DNA of 64,000 bases from Octopus sinensis. Its lineage: Eukaryota. The notes beneath the pieces were generated by a model that was not told where the DNA came from, did no database searches, and saw only the letters and a program-made list of their open reading frames with translations. The stretch spans positions 123,318,001 through 123,382,000 of the forward strand of contig NC_042999.1 in the NCBI RefSeq assembly GCF_006345805.1. Reading direction: 5' to 3'. A program made the translations under genes and the position numbers. Below, piece by piece: positions 1 through 13,800 of the stretch. How positions within the stretch are numbered: position 1 is the stretch's first letter; the number at the start of each line of letters is the position of its first letter.

Positions 1-92
1 TAAGACCTGGGGTCAATTTGTTTTACTAAAACTGCTTAAGGTGGTGCTCCAGCATGGTCGCAGTCAAACAACAGAAACAAGTAAAAAAAAAG
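1..92 (+). mobile_element. 3' end of tRNA-derived SINE family A
   Basis: ggtggtgctccagcatggtcgcagtcaaa...gaaacaagtaaaa matches the tail of the copies at 426 and 2677. Confidence 0.8.
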
Positions 93-353
93 AATGTGTG
101 TGTGTATGCACAAAAGTGGAGGTATGACTGTAATTAAGATTTTGCTTTGCAACCTATTCGTTTTCGGTTCAGTCAAAAGCTTATCATATATCTACTGTGT
201 GTGTGTGTGTGGATAGACTGACAGACAGTCAGATATGTAGCTGCATGCATATGTTTGTTTATACATCATTTTCCTGATTCTGAAAATATGAAACTCAGAC
301 AAGCTTGTATAGCATGCCACATATTTCTAATCAATGATTCAGACTCTAGAGCC

Positions 354-369
354 TGTATATGTATATATA

Positions 370-425
<56 letters not shown>
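354..425. repeat. (TA)n microsatellite
   Basis: Seen directly. Confidence 0.95.
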
Positions 426-427
<2 letters not shown>

Positions 428-780
428 CATAGGAGTAGCTGTGTCGTAAGTAGCTTGCTTACAGACCACATGGTTCCGGGTTTAGTCCCACTGCATGGCA
501 CCTTGGGCAAGTGCCTTCTACTATAGCCTCGGGCCGCCCAAAGCTTTGTGAGTGGATTTGGGAGACGGAAACTGAAAGAAGCCCATCATATATATGTTTG
601 TGTGTCTGTGTTTGTCCCCCCAACATCGCTTGACAACCGATGCTGGTGTGTTTACATCCCCGTAATTTAGCGGTTTAGCAAAAGAGACTGATAGAATAAG
701 TCCTGGGGTCAATTTGCTCGACTGAAGGCGGTGCTGCAGCATGGCCGCAGTCAAATGACTGAAACTAGTAAAAGAGTAAA
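426..780 (+). mobile_element. Near full-length tRNA-derived SINE, family A (octopus-type)
   Basis: A-box-like gtagctgtgtcgtaag, B-box-like gggtttagtccc, internal (TG)n, tail gaaactagtaaaagagtaaa; closely similar to 2677-3095. Confidence 0.9.
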
Positions 781-981
781 TATGCAATTAATGCTGGCTG
801 CATAGCTGTCAAACAGTTTGGTATTGTATATACTCTAACTCTGAAATATGCATTCTACATATATATAAATGTCATCATTACATTTAGTAAGATCAAGGTT
901 ATACAAATTCACGTGTATGCTTATCCAGCCCAACATTAATGATAATAATTTGTTATTTAAATTTTTGTTTGTTTTCTTCAG

Positions 982-1053
982 CTTGTGATGTATGTAAGGG
1001 GACGGAGTATGAAATCACACCTTGTCGAGCTGCCCAAAACAGAAAATGTATTG
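982..1053 (+). CDS. Exon A (phase 1-1), TNFR-like Cys repeat: CDVCKGTEYEITPCRAAQNRKCI
   Basis: ttcttcag acceptor and g|gtaagt donor; CxxC-x4-YE-xx-PC-x4-NR-x-C spacing resembles TNFR/NGFR repeats. Confidence 0.8.
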
Positions 1054-4000
1054 GTAAGTTAATTTACTTTTTCAAATTTAGGCAAATATTAAATCAGTTT
1101 GGAAAAACTTAATTTCACTTACCTTTAGGACTTCACTTGATTTATTAATTGTTTATTTTTATTTTTCAGCTTAGCTTAAAAATTGATGCTTACATTGGAA
1201 ACTTAAAATAAATCAGCAAGGAAACCTGTACGCAGTCACTTGACCTGCTAGAGATAGCGACTAAATCTCACCTTACCACCTTAAAAAAAGGAGTATATTA
1301 AATACACTGTTTCTGAAAAGAAGTCAGAGTGGTCATGACTGGAAAGTCTTTGCCAGTGTTCTCCTTAATCTAGAACAAACTTAAACAGCTTTTATTTATT
1401 TTCCTATCAGTTTTTCTCTAGGGCTTAATGACTACAACAAGGACTAAAAACATGAAATGTTAGCATTTTCTATATTCATTTTATTTTACATGTTGCTTAA
1501 CACTTCAAGGGCAAAATTGTTTAGCATAATATTTATCATCATGGTAAAATGCAATGATGTGTATATTGTATGTCAGTGATGACACAACAGGATCTAAAAT
1601 TTCATTGTAATTAATACAAAGACTGTAAATAAGCAATACTGGAAATGACTTCAAGAAATATAAGATTCTAAGGGCCACAGATGAGCTCTTTTATAGTTCT
1701 TAATAATTTTGGTGTCTTTGTAATTTAATTGTTGATGTTTTGTCAATCTATTGGTAGTTAATTGCATCATTCTTCCTTTCTGAGGGTGGTGAGCTGGCAG
1801 AATAATTATCATGCCAGGCAAAACGCTTGTTGGCATGTTATCTATCTTCACATTCTGAGTTCAAATTCTGCTGAGGTTGACTTTGCATTTAATCCTTTTG
1901 GGGTCGATAAAATAAGTATCAGTTGGACACTAGGGGCAATGTAATTGATTTATCCTCATCCTGAAATTGCTGGCCTTGTACCAAAATTTCAAACCATTCT
2001 TCATTTCATAATATAGCAGTGACAACAGTCATAATAATGAAGAAAAAGAAGTCAACTAGTTTGCTTATACTATCCACAAAGGACTATACAAAACAGCTGG
2101 TTTTATAATCTGCAATACATTACTTAGTTTATTGTCCTTTTCTCAGTTCAGTTGATCTAGAATTTATTTTGGGGAAGGATTGAACAATAACATTATAGGC
2201 TCTGACTCTGACCAAGAACATTTAACTATGTACCTATCTGAGCAATATGTAAAGTAACACCTCATTTAGAAACAGAAACAACACAATGTTTAATTCTTCT
2301 GTTTTACAGTCATGTTTGAATATTTAAATGAAATATTCATTCTTTGTTGAATATGCAGATTCAATTACTTTTTCCCTTGGTATTTCAGATGTCACTTTCC
2401 CCACACATCAAATTAGATATGATGGTAAAACCTGTTCAAAAGTTGCAGGTATGTTTTATGTCTTTTTTTTAATATGATTTATTTTAAATTTCTAACATTT
2501 CAATTTTGCTTGATTAAAAAAAAAAAAGTCATATGATAATTAACCTCTTTCTGTGAATAAATAAAGATATTGCATTAGTAAAGTGAAATGGGAAAACATT
2601 TGTCAACCACACGTTAACTTAGGTCATTTTTAGAAAAATGTGCGTAGGAGCGGCTGTGTGGTAAGTAGTTTGCATAGGCGTAGAAGTGGCTGTGTGGTAA
2701 GTAGTTTGCTTACGAACCACATGGTTCTGGATTCAGTCCCACTGCATGGCACCTTGGGCAAGTGTCTTCTACTATAGCCTCGGACCGACCAAAGCCTTGT
2801 GTGTGGATTTGGTAGACGAAAACTGAAAGAAGCCCGTCGTGTGTGTATGTATATATATATATATATATATATATGCATGTGTGTATATGTTTGTGTGTCT
2901 GTGTTTGTCTCCCCAACATCGCTTGACAACCGATCCTGGTGCGTTTACGTCCCCGTAACTTAGCGGTTCGGCAAAAGAGACTGATAGAATAAGTACTAGG
3001 CTTACAAAGAATAAGTCCTGGGGTCGATTTGCTCGACTAAAGGCGGTGCTCCAGCATGGCCACAGTAAAATGACTGAAACAAATAAAAGAGTAATGGAAA
3101 ACAGCAAACTATTAGTAAAATTGAACAACTTAACTTATGATGTCAGCCTATCTATCTTCATTGCTCCATAGACCGGAAAGCAAATTTGTTACACTATTTG
3201 TTATGAATTTAGCAACTACTAAGTAAGTTAATTTCAACAATCAATTGAATCATTAGAGCATCATAGAAAAAGCCATGCAGTATTTGTTCCAGTTCTTTAC
3301 ATTCTGAGTTCAAATCTTGCTGTGGTTAACTTTACCTTTCATCTTTACAAGGTCAATAAAATAAAGTACCAATCAAGAATTGGTGTCAATTTAACCCTTT
3401 CGTTACCAACCCAGCTGAAACCGGCTCTGGCTCTGAGTACAAATGTCTTGTTTTCATAAGTTTTGAATTAAAATCTTCCACCAAACCTTAGTCACAATTT
3501 ATGTTTCTAACACTAGCTTAATGATAACGTAGTTATTTTACTAAATTCTTTGTTATATTTAAAGTAATTGAAAGAAACACAGTGTATCTCAAAATAAATA
3601 CAGTAACAAAAGGGTTAATCATTTGACTCCTCTCACTAAAATTACTAGCTTGTATCTAGATACAAGACAATTATTCCATTAGAGATGCAATTCTTTCAAG
3701 TTGTTTAAAAAGTTCCACAAACTGGGATTGATAACCTACAGAATCAACATTACATTTACTTCGTCTTCTGATAAACAAAAGTATAATATAAAAATAGTAT
3801 TTATAGTTTTCATATCTTCTGTAAAATACTTGAAAGAATCGGGTTATTTATATCTGGTTTATAAAGTTGACAGTCTCAGAAAACTCTGTCTTATCACCCA
3901 TCTTCCTAAATTTTACTTACCTGATAAGTGACACACTGTCACTACAACACACTATGCATATATATTCTTACACTGATATTGTTTCAATCACATCTCCCCC

Positions 4001-7000
4001 ATGTCCATCTAACCAAGTCGTCCATGCAGTTATATAAAAACAAAGTTGCACCCAACAAATCCATCAAGAATATCTACCCATCAGTGTCAATAACCATAAG
4101 ATGCAAGAGAGTTAAATTGTAGATATATCATACAATATTTCAATACCATTAATACAGAATAAACAAAAAAAAAGGATTAGATTAAACAGCAGCATATTTC
4201 CACTGGTATATCATTTAGTCCATCATTAGTTTCAGTAATTTTGTAAGCCAGTGAGCTGGCAGAACCGTTAGCATACTGGGCAAGATGCTTAGTAACATTT
4301 AGTCCATTAGTCCATCTTTACATTCTGAGTTCCAATTTCACTGAGGCCAATTTTGCCTTTCATCCTTTTGGGGTTGATAAAACAAGTACCAGTTGAACAC
4401 CAGGGTCATTGTAATCAACTTACCACCTCCACCGAAAATTCTGGTCTTGTGCCAAAATTTGAAACCATTAATTTTAGTAGTTTTGTCTGAGTTCCAGATG
4501 TGTTTATCACAACCACAATAAACTACAAGCTCCACTAACTTCTGGCTACCACAATAGATTAGTGTGGAAGAACAGTAAATATAATATTGTTGTCAAGACC
4601 CAGCTTAGTACTTTTGCTGTGGCCACTGCCAGTACCTGCAGATACACAAGAATAAATTGAAGAATGCAACATATCTATACTGCTATGTTACACCCTGTGC
4701 AATAGGCCAATACTTGTCTTAGTATACATTGTCATCCTCAACCTAAGCAGTGGCATGGTGCTCATGAAATATGACTGACAAAGCTTAATATGGTTACATA
4801 CCTACAAATTATTAGTTGCCATTCCATATTTCCAAATCTACTATGTTAAACTAAAGTACAAGCCTTAAATAGGCAAGGAGTGTTATAGAATTCAATCTTT
4901 ACAGCAACTGCTGCTACTTATAATTCCTGCAAACACCAAGGCAGAGTAGCCTTCATTCATGAATTACTGCTACAACACCAAGACAAACACAATATCCTCA
5001 AAGTAGCAACAACTTCAATAGTTTAACTCTCAGTTCTGAAGAATTAGTTAACATTCATAAAGCACAATTTGCTTGCTTCACTGAAATCCACACATTCACA
5101 CACTCTCTCTCTCTCACTCACACACACACACACAGCTGGACTGACAAGAAACAGCAATGATTACACTGCACATTCATAACCTCAAACTCTGCATGATTGA
5201 GTGTGTAATGTAGTTTGAATGTTAACAGCCCAAACACTGTGTTAACAAGTCCACCATGTTGGATATGTGGATTGCTTATGAATGTCTGATTAATTACATC
5301 TTTGCTGTTGGTCTATCCAGGCAGTACTAACTAGAGATACTAAACTAGAATTAAAACTATGTTCATCTAATATTTTTGTAGGGTGATGTCAGTTTACTTG
5401 TACCTTGAAAATTTAAGGCCACATTCCTTGCTTGTGTTTTAAAAAGTTGTTTTCTATCAGTAAAATTATGCACAAACTAAATCAACGTCAACTGAATAAA
5501 ATATGACAAGCCATATGTTTTATCAACCATTAAATTATTAATGATTTTAACCAATTAAATAGTATTTTAAAAGTTAGTTATTTTTAAGTTTGAATTCTTT
5601 TATAAGAATTGTTTTCTTTCTATTACTTCTTTACAGATAATAACAGCTTACAGCTGATGCCATCAGGAAATGTATTTGTGGAACGTTTAAACAGTATCAA
5701 GGAACTAGAGACCACAATGTATGTTACAAATAATCAACAAGCCATGGATTTCATTTGGAAAAGAGAATCAGGGCTTCAAGTAAAAGCTAGTATAACTGAT
5801 GTGTTTTTGGTCCCAGAATATGTAGATATTGACCATTCTGATGACAATCAATATTTTTTGCAGAGTGTTTTTGTACACAGCGAACTGAAACAGACATTTC
5901 GGAATATCTTAAAGAGTTACTGTAGGTAGGTTACTGTTATTATTTTTCTTTCTACTCGAATTAGCTAAAGTAAATTCAGGTTGTTAGAAAAGTATTTCTG
6001 AATACTTTTCATATTATTAACAGTTCAAAACTAATTATGGCATGTATTGAAATATTTCAGTTTCTATAACATTTTATAATTGATTAAAACATAAAAACTT
6101 ATTCTAAATTCAACTCCTTATGTGGCAACAATTATCTGCTATAGCTTGGCATCCTATCCAAGAAAATATTTGTTTTCTCATTCTCTTAACAGGGATAAAA
6201 CACTGTTCCAGCAAACTCTGAATGTCCATAAAATGATTAACTTAAATTTCTGCTGACTTCTGCCTCACAATGATTAATCCCTTTTCTTTCATATTAAATT
6301 CAAGTTGGAGATTAGGGAGGAATATTAATATATTTCTTAACCATTTCCTTTTTATATATTTACTTTAATTTTGAAATTTAATCAATTTTATTATATTTAA
6401 CAGTTTGTGATTTTCTTAAACAGAGTGTAAACTTTTCTCAATAATTTGCATTAAGTAATATTATTTCCCTATAAAAGAAATTTCCATATTCCATACTTGT
6501 TTTATTTAAAGATTGCTTTTCAACATAACAATTTGGAAGTTATAAAACTGAGAGTTCTGATACTTTAAGGAGAAATTTTGTTATTGAAAAGTACAAGCAA
6601 AATATTTGGTGTTAAAAAGGATTTAAAACTTCTTAAATACTAAATGTGCCATACTTATTATTATTATTTTATTTATTTATTTATTTTGTAAATATTCAGT
6701 TTAGGAAAAAATGTAAAACTACTCAATTGTTTTACCAAATTTGTTAGTTCTAGCATGAAAAGTAAAAGCATTGAAGAAAAGCAAATCTATTTAACTATAA
6801 AAAAAAAAAATTCAGATATGAAAAAAATAACTGCTTCTTAGATTATTTAATACACACATTTTGAGAAATCAATTATAATTGTATGCTTCTGTGCTACTGC
6901 TTTCTGCACTATTGGTTCCCTTGGCATTCAAACCACCATCCTGAAATGATGTGCTGCAATTTGGCTTTTATCTTTATCAGATTATATAATTTTTCCTCCC

Positions 7001-10000
7001 CGCAAAAAAAAACATTACCCCAGATCTGTAAAGATAGGTTAGTCCCCTCAGGATTTCACTTTTCTATAGTATTTTCTCTCCTCTATTTTCCGATTCTATA
7101 CTCCTATGCTACATAATCTGCTTGCTCCTTGCTCTGAAGAATTTTAACTAAAATAGAATTATCAATTTGACAGCACCAAAGTGTTCAGTTAAGTCTAACA
7201 TGAAAATACTGTAGCTGAACACTCAGCCTACAGAGTATACTTTAACTTAATCATATGATTAACATCTTTCTCAGTACAATGTACATTTAAGCAAAGCTCT
7301 CACTAACCTCTCACTAATATTCTCCTTTTACTCTAATGACCATTTCTTTAATCATACCAACCTTTCAGCCACTTCAGCTGATGCTAGCCACCACCCTATC
7401 TCTTTCCAGTAATAATCAATACCTATATGCAAACTTCGGATATCTTAAACATTATTATTCAAGACTTGCAACACTTTCCTAAATTAGTTTCCAACATAAC
7501 ATTTAAAGATACAGAAGCATAAATTATTTTTTGCCATCAGCTCCCCATCATGCTTTCCCCTGTCCCCTTCTGTATATACCATGGTATATACATAGCCTTT
7601 CTCTTTCCAAGTACTTGATTTCTGCAGAATATCCTTCTAAATGAAATTTCTCTCTTAAATATTGCACAACAATTAAAACTAAACAGTGCTCATCACACAG
7701 CATTTTTCACATACTTTAAGATCTCTATTGCCTTTTTGCAGCCAAGAAAAATAATGAAAGATAGTACCTAAAAATATGCAGAATTTTGTTTTCCATTGAG
7801 CTTGGGTGAATCCAACCATGGATGCAGATCTCAGTAGAAGTTGCAAATACTTTATAGATTGATAGACTGACATATAGATATCTTTCTTTTTACTTAGATT
7901 TTATACAGTCTGTTCTTTAAACATAAGCTTTGCCCATCCATACTACTTGTGAACAAAATATTTTATTCACAAACTTTCTTCATAAACTACACCAAAGTAT
8001 ATAGTCAATGGCTATACAAGATCAGCTGTGTCAAACACAGATCTAGATTAACATCTCTGCTTATACCATACATATATAAAGATATATTCTAACTGTATTT
8101 GTTTCTGCTACAGATGTACATTGAGCACTCTTACATTTTTATACTTCTAGTGAAACTATCTCTAACTCACCTCTATAGTTTGTAAAGAATATGTAATGTG
8201 ATAGAAAACAAAGCAAAATTTGCTTTAAAATAATAAGAACTAATAGATGCTATATCTGCTTATTTATACATCGGTATACATTTATTGTCTAAAGGTCAGA
8301 TATGTCTGTATTCCTTATTTAGTCATTCTTTTGTTGTGTTCTTATAAAGAGTTACATCAAAAGTGTTTTCAGCTTTCAACTCCTTTGATCATTTAACAGA
8401 ATGCTTTCATTTACAACAGACAGTTAACCTCCTATTTATGATGTTCCAATTAATTGTTTAATAATTAAAGATTCTGTTAAGTTTGTGGATTCTTTTTCCC
8501 CCAAATTAGCTGACTTAGAATCACATCTATATTATTTTCTCTTAGAAATAATGTCTTTGGAAAAAATGTTAAAATTATAAACATCTCCAATAAAGCAACT
8601 AGATAAATTGAAATAATTAATATTTATTTAAGTAAATATATTCAGAATTGCATGTTTCTCAAATTTTAATTTAACTTTTGTGTTCACTAAACAACCTCTA
8701 CTAGTTTTAGCTCACTTAACATTTATCAAAAGACATCTATTAATTTCTTTAGAGTATTTGAATTGTAGGTTGGCATTTAATGTCATATAAAAGATTAATT
8801 TTTTATTAAAAAGGTTTAACTCAGAATTAAAAATGATTTATCAAATAAATTTATTTTCATTCATAAAATGTTTCTAGAAAGTTACACTTCTTTATTGATT
8901 GTTGGTGAAATTATTTCAAACAATTTATCACTTCAAAATAATAATTTGAAGAATGATATCTGTATATCTATATTTCTATTTATCATTTATCAGTAGATAA
9001 GAACCCTACAAAATCAGAAATGATTTTTGACAACAAAACAACAATATTAAACAGCAAATAGCTTTTCTGTCTTAATCAGCTGATGAGTAAAGATGTTTTA
9101 GTTTTATCACTTTTAACTGAATATATTTTCTTTTTTTTTTAAGGCATCCGCTGCCAGATTATTATAATATGATTCTGGAAGTTCATCCCAATCGAAGTAC
9201 TAATGCTACAGTAGTTATATGTGACTCCAAAAATCCTGCAGTACCACAATGTCCTAAGTCTTATAGTGATGGTCAGAAATATATCAAACGATCTACGAAT
9301 AATGTTTGTCCGAAATTAAAGGTAAAAATTACTTGTTTATTACTAATCTCATATTTTGTTACTATTTCTGTGCTGTAATTAAATTCCCTGTCCCATTCTC
9401 TATAACAGATATCTTTTTTAAGGACTGTAGTAATCAATACTTTGCAACAGTAAATTTAAACTAGTTACCAACAACAATACATTTTAGATATAGTTTGAAG
9501 GGCTTTCTTTATTATTTACTTATTTGATAGAAGTCATTAAATTGACTCACCACTGTATTCAATTTTGTTTCTGGTGAGATGCTGAGAGAGCTTCTACACA
9601 GTCACCTAACATGTTAGAAATAGAAGCTAAGTTCATCTACATCACGCATTATCATCTTGAAAAGGAAAGATACATTAGATAAACCAATCTTTTGTATGCA
9701 AAATGATAGTCATTAAGAAGTGGAACACCTTCATCATAGGTCTGCTTAATTAGGACTAACCCAGGGCTAAACAACAATAGCATTGTACTTTTGACACAAT
9801 CATCACTGTTCTCATCATTTAATGTCCACTTTTTTATGTTTGCATGGGTCAAATAAAATTTGTTGAGACAAATTTTCTACTGTTAAATGCCTTTTCTGTT
9901 ACCAATTATCACTTGTTTCCAAGAAATGGTGAAGAATTTGTTGATATTGGACAATGTCTTCACAACTTTCTGTAAAGAAGTTTTTTAATGGTGAGGCCTG

Positions 10001-10787
10001 TGAAAAGTTTTTGACTTGAGAATTTTTACTAAATAAAAATAATGCTTTAGCATTGCATTTACAGTTGCATATCTGATGTGATATCATCCCAATCCTTTTA
10101 ATAGGTTTTTACAATTAAACTTCATTTAATCTAATAGCATCTTTAAGCTAAAATTAATTCTTTATCTGATTTTATGCAGATATGAATTATTAGATCTCTT
10201 CAAATTGCCCTCTCAGTACATGCGTTTCCCTCAACTTTTGTTTCTGTTTTTACTTCTGTATTCATCATCATCATCATACATCTGCTTTCCATGCTGGCAT
10301 AGGTTAGACAGTTTGATTGGAGATGATAAGCTGGAGAGCTGCAATAGGCTCCAGTCTTGTTTTGGCTTGATTTCTATGGTTGGATGCACTTCCTGATATC
10401 AAGCCCTCTACAGAGTGTATTGGGTGCCTTTTACATGTCACTAGCACAGATACCTTTTATGTGTCACCAGCATGGGTGTCTTGTATATGTAACCAGTACA
10501 CTTAACTTTTACATGTCACTGGTATGGTTGCTATTCACGTGTTACCAGCACTAAGCCATGACTATGATATCACATAGCTCAACATATCTTGAAAATTTTG
10601 TGTCCACATTTGTTTTACAGTTTGGTTATCTTTCATATTCATATTGCATGTCTAATTCTCTTCCTTTAATTTAGCCTGTTTTTTTTGTTGTTTTTTTTCT
10701 CACTTCTCTTCACCTTGGTCATTAATTGTTTGACTCTGCTGGCATGTACATTCATGAATACCAACGCTTCATGAATTACTCAGTTTC

Positions 10788-10871
<84 letters not shown>

Positions 10872-13800
10872 TCCACATAAAGTTATCTATTTATTTACTT
10901 TGACTAAGATACTCTCTTAACTTACATTCTACTGTTCTGGATTACATTATTCATCCAATATGATTTTAAACAGTTCATCATTCATGAGTTGCTGCATGTG
11001 CCCACATTTCATCAACCTTTTGACAGACTGATGCATTACACATGTTAATATTTAGGCATAGCTATGGTTTTGTAGTCAGAACTTTGCTTTCCAACCACAT
11101 GGTTTCAGGTTCAGTTCCCTTGCATGATACCTTGGGCAAGTGCCTTCTACTATCACCCCAGTTTGACCTTAGCCTTATGAGTGGATTTGGTAGACAGAAA
11201 TTGAAAGTACACACACATAAATTTGAATGTGTATATGTTAAGTGTCCCCTAATATTCTCAGGCAACATCAGACAATATTCTCAGACAACATCTCTGGCTA
11301 TGGGGAAATATCACCTTGCTTGGAAATAGTTGAGAGTTGGCAACTGCAAAGGCATCCAGCTGTAGAATATCTGCCTCATTAAACACTGCCCAACCCATGA
11401 ATGTATAGAGAAGTGAACCTTTAAATGATGATGATATATATATTGCTAACAAAGTTCAGACCATACTGCAGTCACTATGCTATCATTAATTCTATCTCCA
11501 AAGCTATTTTGTTTTATGTACATAATGTTTTCTTTTAGAACATATGTATTATTCCAACAATGCTTTTAAGCAGTCTTTATTGTTTTTAGTTTATTGTTAG
11601 CTGCACAATGTTTGTGGCTCATAAATAGTATTGGTTTCCTCTTGTTTCCTCATTAGTTACCAGACTATAATTAATAAATTCCAAGATGATCATTCTGTAC
11701 CACACCTTTCAAAGGTACACAGGGAGTCTCTTTGTTATAAATTTAGGTAGGAGTGTTTCAGTCTCTGCCAACATATACCATATATACTTGCTCTGGCTCT
11801 ATGACTATAACCACTGCTTAGTCTTGTATTAATCTATTTCTAGGGATTCATTATTGTTTCATTTTTATAACAACATTGCTTGAATAAGTTGTCTGTTTAG
11901 AGTTATGATCATCATAAAGTTGACCAGTGATTACAGAGCCATGAATAAAGGATTACAGTTTAAACAAAGACACAGGTCTCCAGATAGGCAGACTGATTTA
12001 ATTTAGAACTACTTCTGAAAGAGGCAAGCTGCCTATGCAAGACAAATCAATATTTTCGAATCAGAAAAATTAAGATATTACATGTGAAAGCCATCATGTA
12101 CTGTTACTACCTGCCCCAAGAATTAATTGTAAAGTGTAATATTATCTGATGCGAATTATACATTGCACCTACAACTATAACTATTCTATCTAATGTAAGT
12201 AGATTGCTCTGCACTAAAGATGAAATATATAATTAACATATTAAGCAACATTTCTTTAATCAACTATTCATAATTTAAAATTATACTTCATTCTTTACTT
12301 TTGCACTCCTATCTCCTATGGTCTTTTTAATCACTTTTGATATGTATATATATTTTCTTTTCGAAAATACCCTCTTTCTCCTGTTGTAACTACTCATTCT
12401 AGTTATATTGTTTATCTCCACATAATCTCTTCACTCTATCTTTGTTAATGTACATTATTCAGTAACTATATTTGGTATTTCATTAATAAACTGACAATAA
12501 TGTAAGCTTTAAATCTTAAGATACATTTCCATTGAATCTGACAGATTTCAGCCAATAACTCAGCAGACAGACATAGCTTATTATTATAATTCATAATTTT
12601 ACTTATTCTCTCAAATCATAGCTTTCAAAAAGTATCTTTGTACTGTATGACTTGTGCTGGTAATTTTCATTGCTACTTTTTCTGCTTTATATCAACTGAA
12701 TACAGTGCTGCATTATATATGTTAGAACCTGGTTATCTGTTTTAATAAATTTTAAGAATATATGGATTTCTGCAAGACCTTAATGCTATAAATTGTAGCT
12801 TTTTGATTCACTTCTTACATTCACTGTGTTCTGTTTCTCAATAATTTCTATACTATAAAATCTTGTTTTAACATACTATTGACCTTTTAGTTTTCATTTC
12901 AAAGTACCAACACACATGCACATCACTAGTCTCATACCAATTCATTGAACTTATTTTCAAAAGCATAATGCCAGTGTGTGTGTGTGTGGTTCAAAAGTTA
13001 ATTTAAATCCATCAAATGGTTTTACCTTTTTATTACAACTATACCAACTGGAGGGTTTTCTATTGGCCATTAGACTGTCATAGTGAAGTAATGTTCTTGA
13101 ACCTTGGTCTTCAGTGAAATGGTTTAATACAATGACTTTAAAGTTGTAGTCCAGAACAGTGATCTAGTAGTTTAAATTGTTAATGCTTGTAGTCAATGCA
13201 AGATGTGAACCTGTTTTATTTAGACTAAATGTGTTCTGTTGAAATTATTCTTTCATTTACTGGTTTTCGTTAAAGTGAAAAGTGTGTTATTGGAAAAATC
13301 AATAATTATCAGTGTTGGTTTAACTGTTCAGTGTTATAATCATAAATCATGTTACAGTCATTTTGTTTTCAACACATTAATTTGATATATTAAATGTAAT
13401 ACTGTTTTAAGTTGTAAAAGCATAGATAAAACTCAAAATTCTTCAAAAAGATTTATCATTATCTTTGATATTGTCATTAATATCATCCTCATAATAAACT
13501 GTGTTTTGCTTTTATCTTTCTTGGTTATTATTGCCAGCAAAGGTTTAGTATTGTTGTTTTTCCAGATTGTATTTATTTTTATAGATTCTTTTGTAGGCTC
13601 TGGCTTTTGCAGGTTAAGTTTTGTTTGTGTGGCTGTGTGTGTGAAAGAGATAGATCATCATCATGTCATTTGTAAACAGTCTTCTGAAAGTAAAAGTAAC
13701 TTAATTACACTCCTTTTGTTGATAGGCAAATATTTTAACCATTACATTAACTGTCACAACTATTATTTATCAACAAGGGGATTGATACATTACAGAATTA

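Noticed and set aside
426-500. tRNA gene
   Set aside because: It has A/B-box-like motifs but no complete cloverleaf, and it continues into a repeated SINE body.
521-3128. Similar minus-strand ORFs (88 and 118 aa) that look like a paralogous protein pair
   Set aside because: Both are antisense readings of SINE family A copies.
9075-9125. CTGATGA hammerhead box upstream of exon D
   Set aside because: No stem II or GAAA arrangement follows; most likely a chance heptamer.
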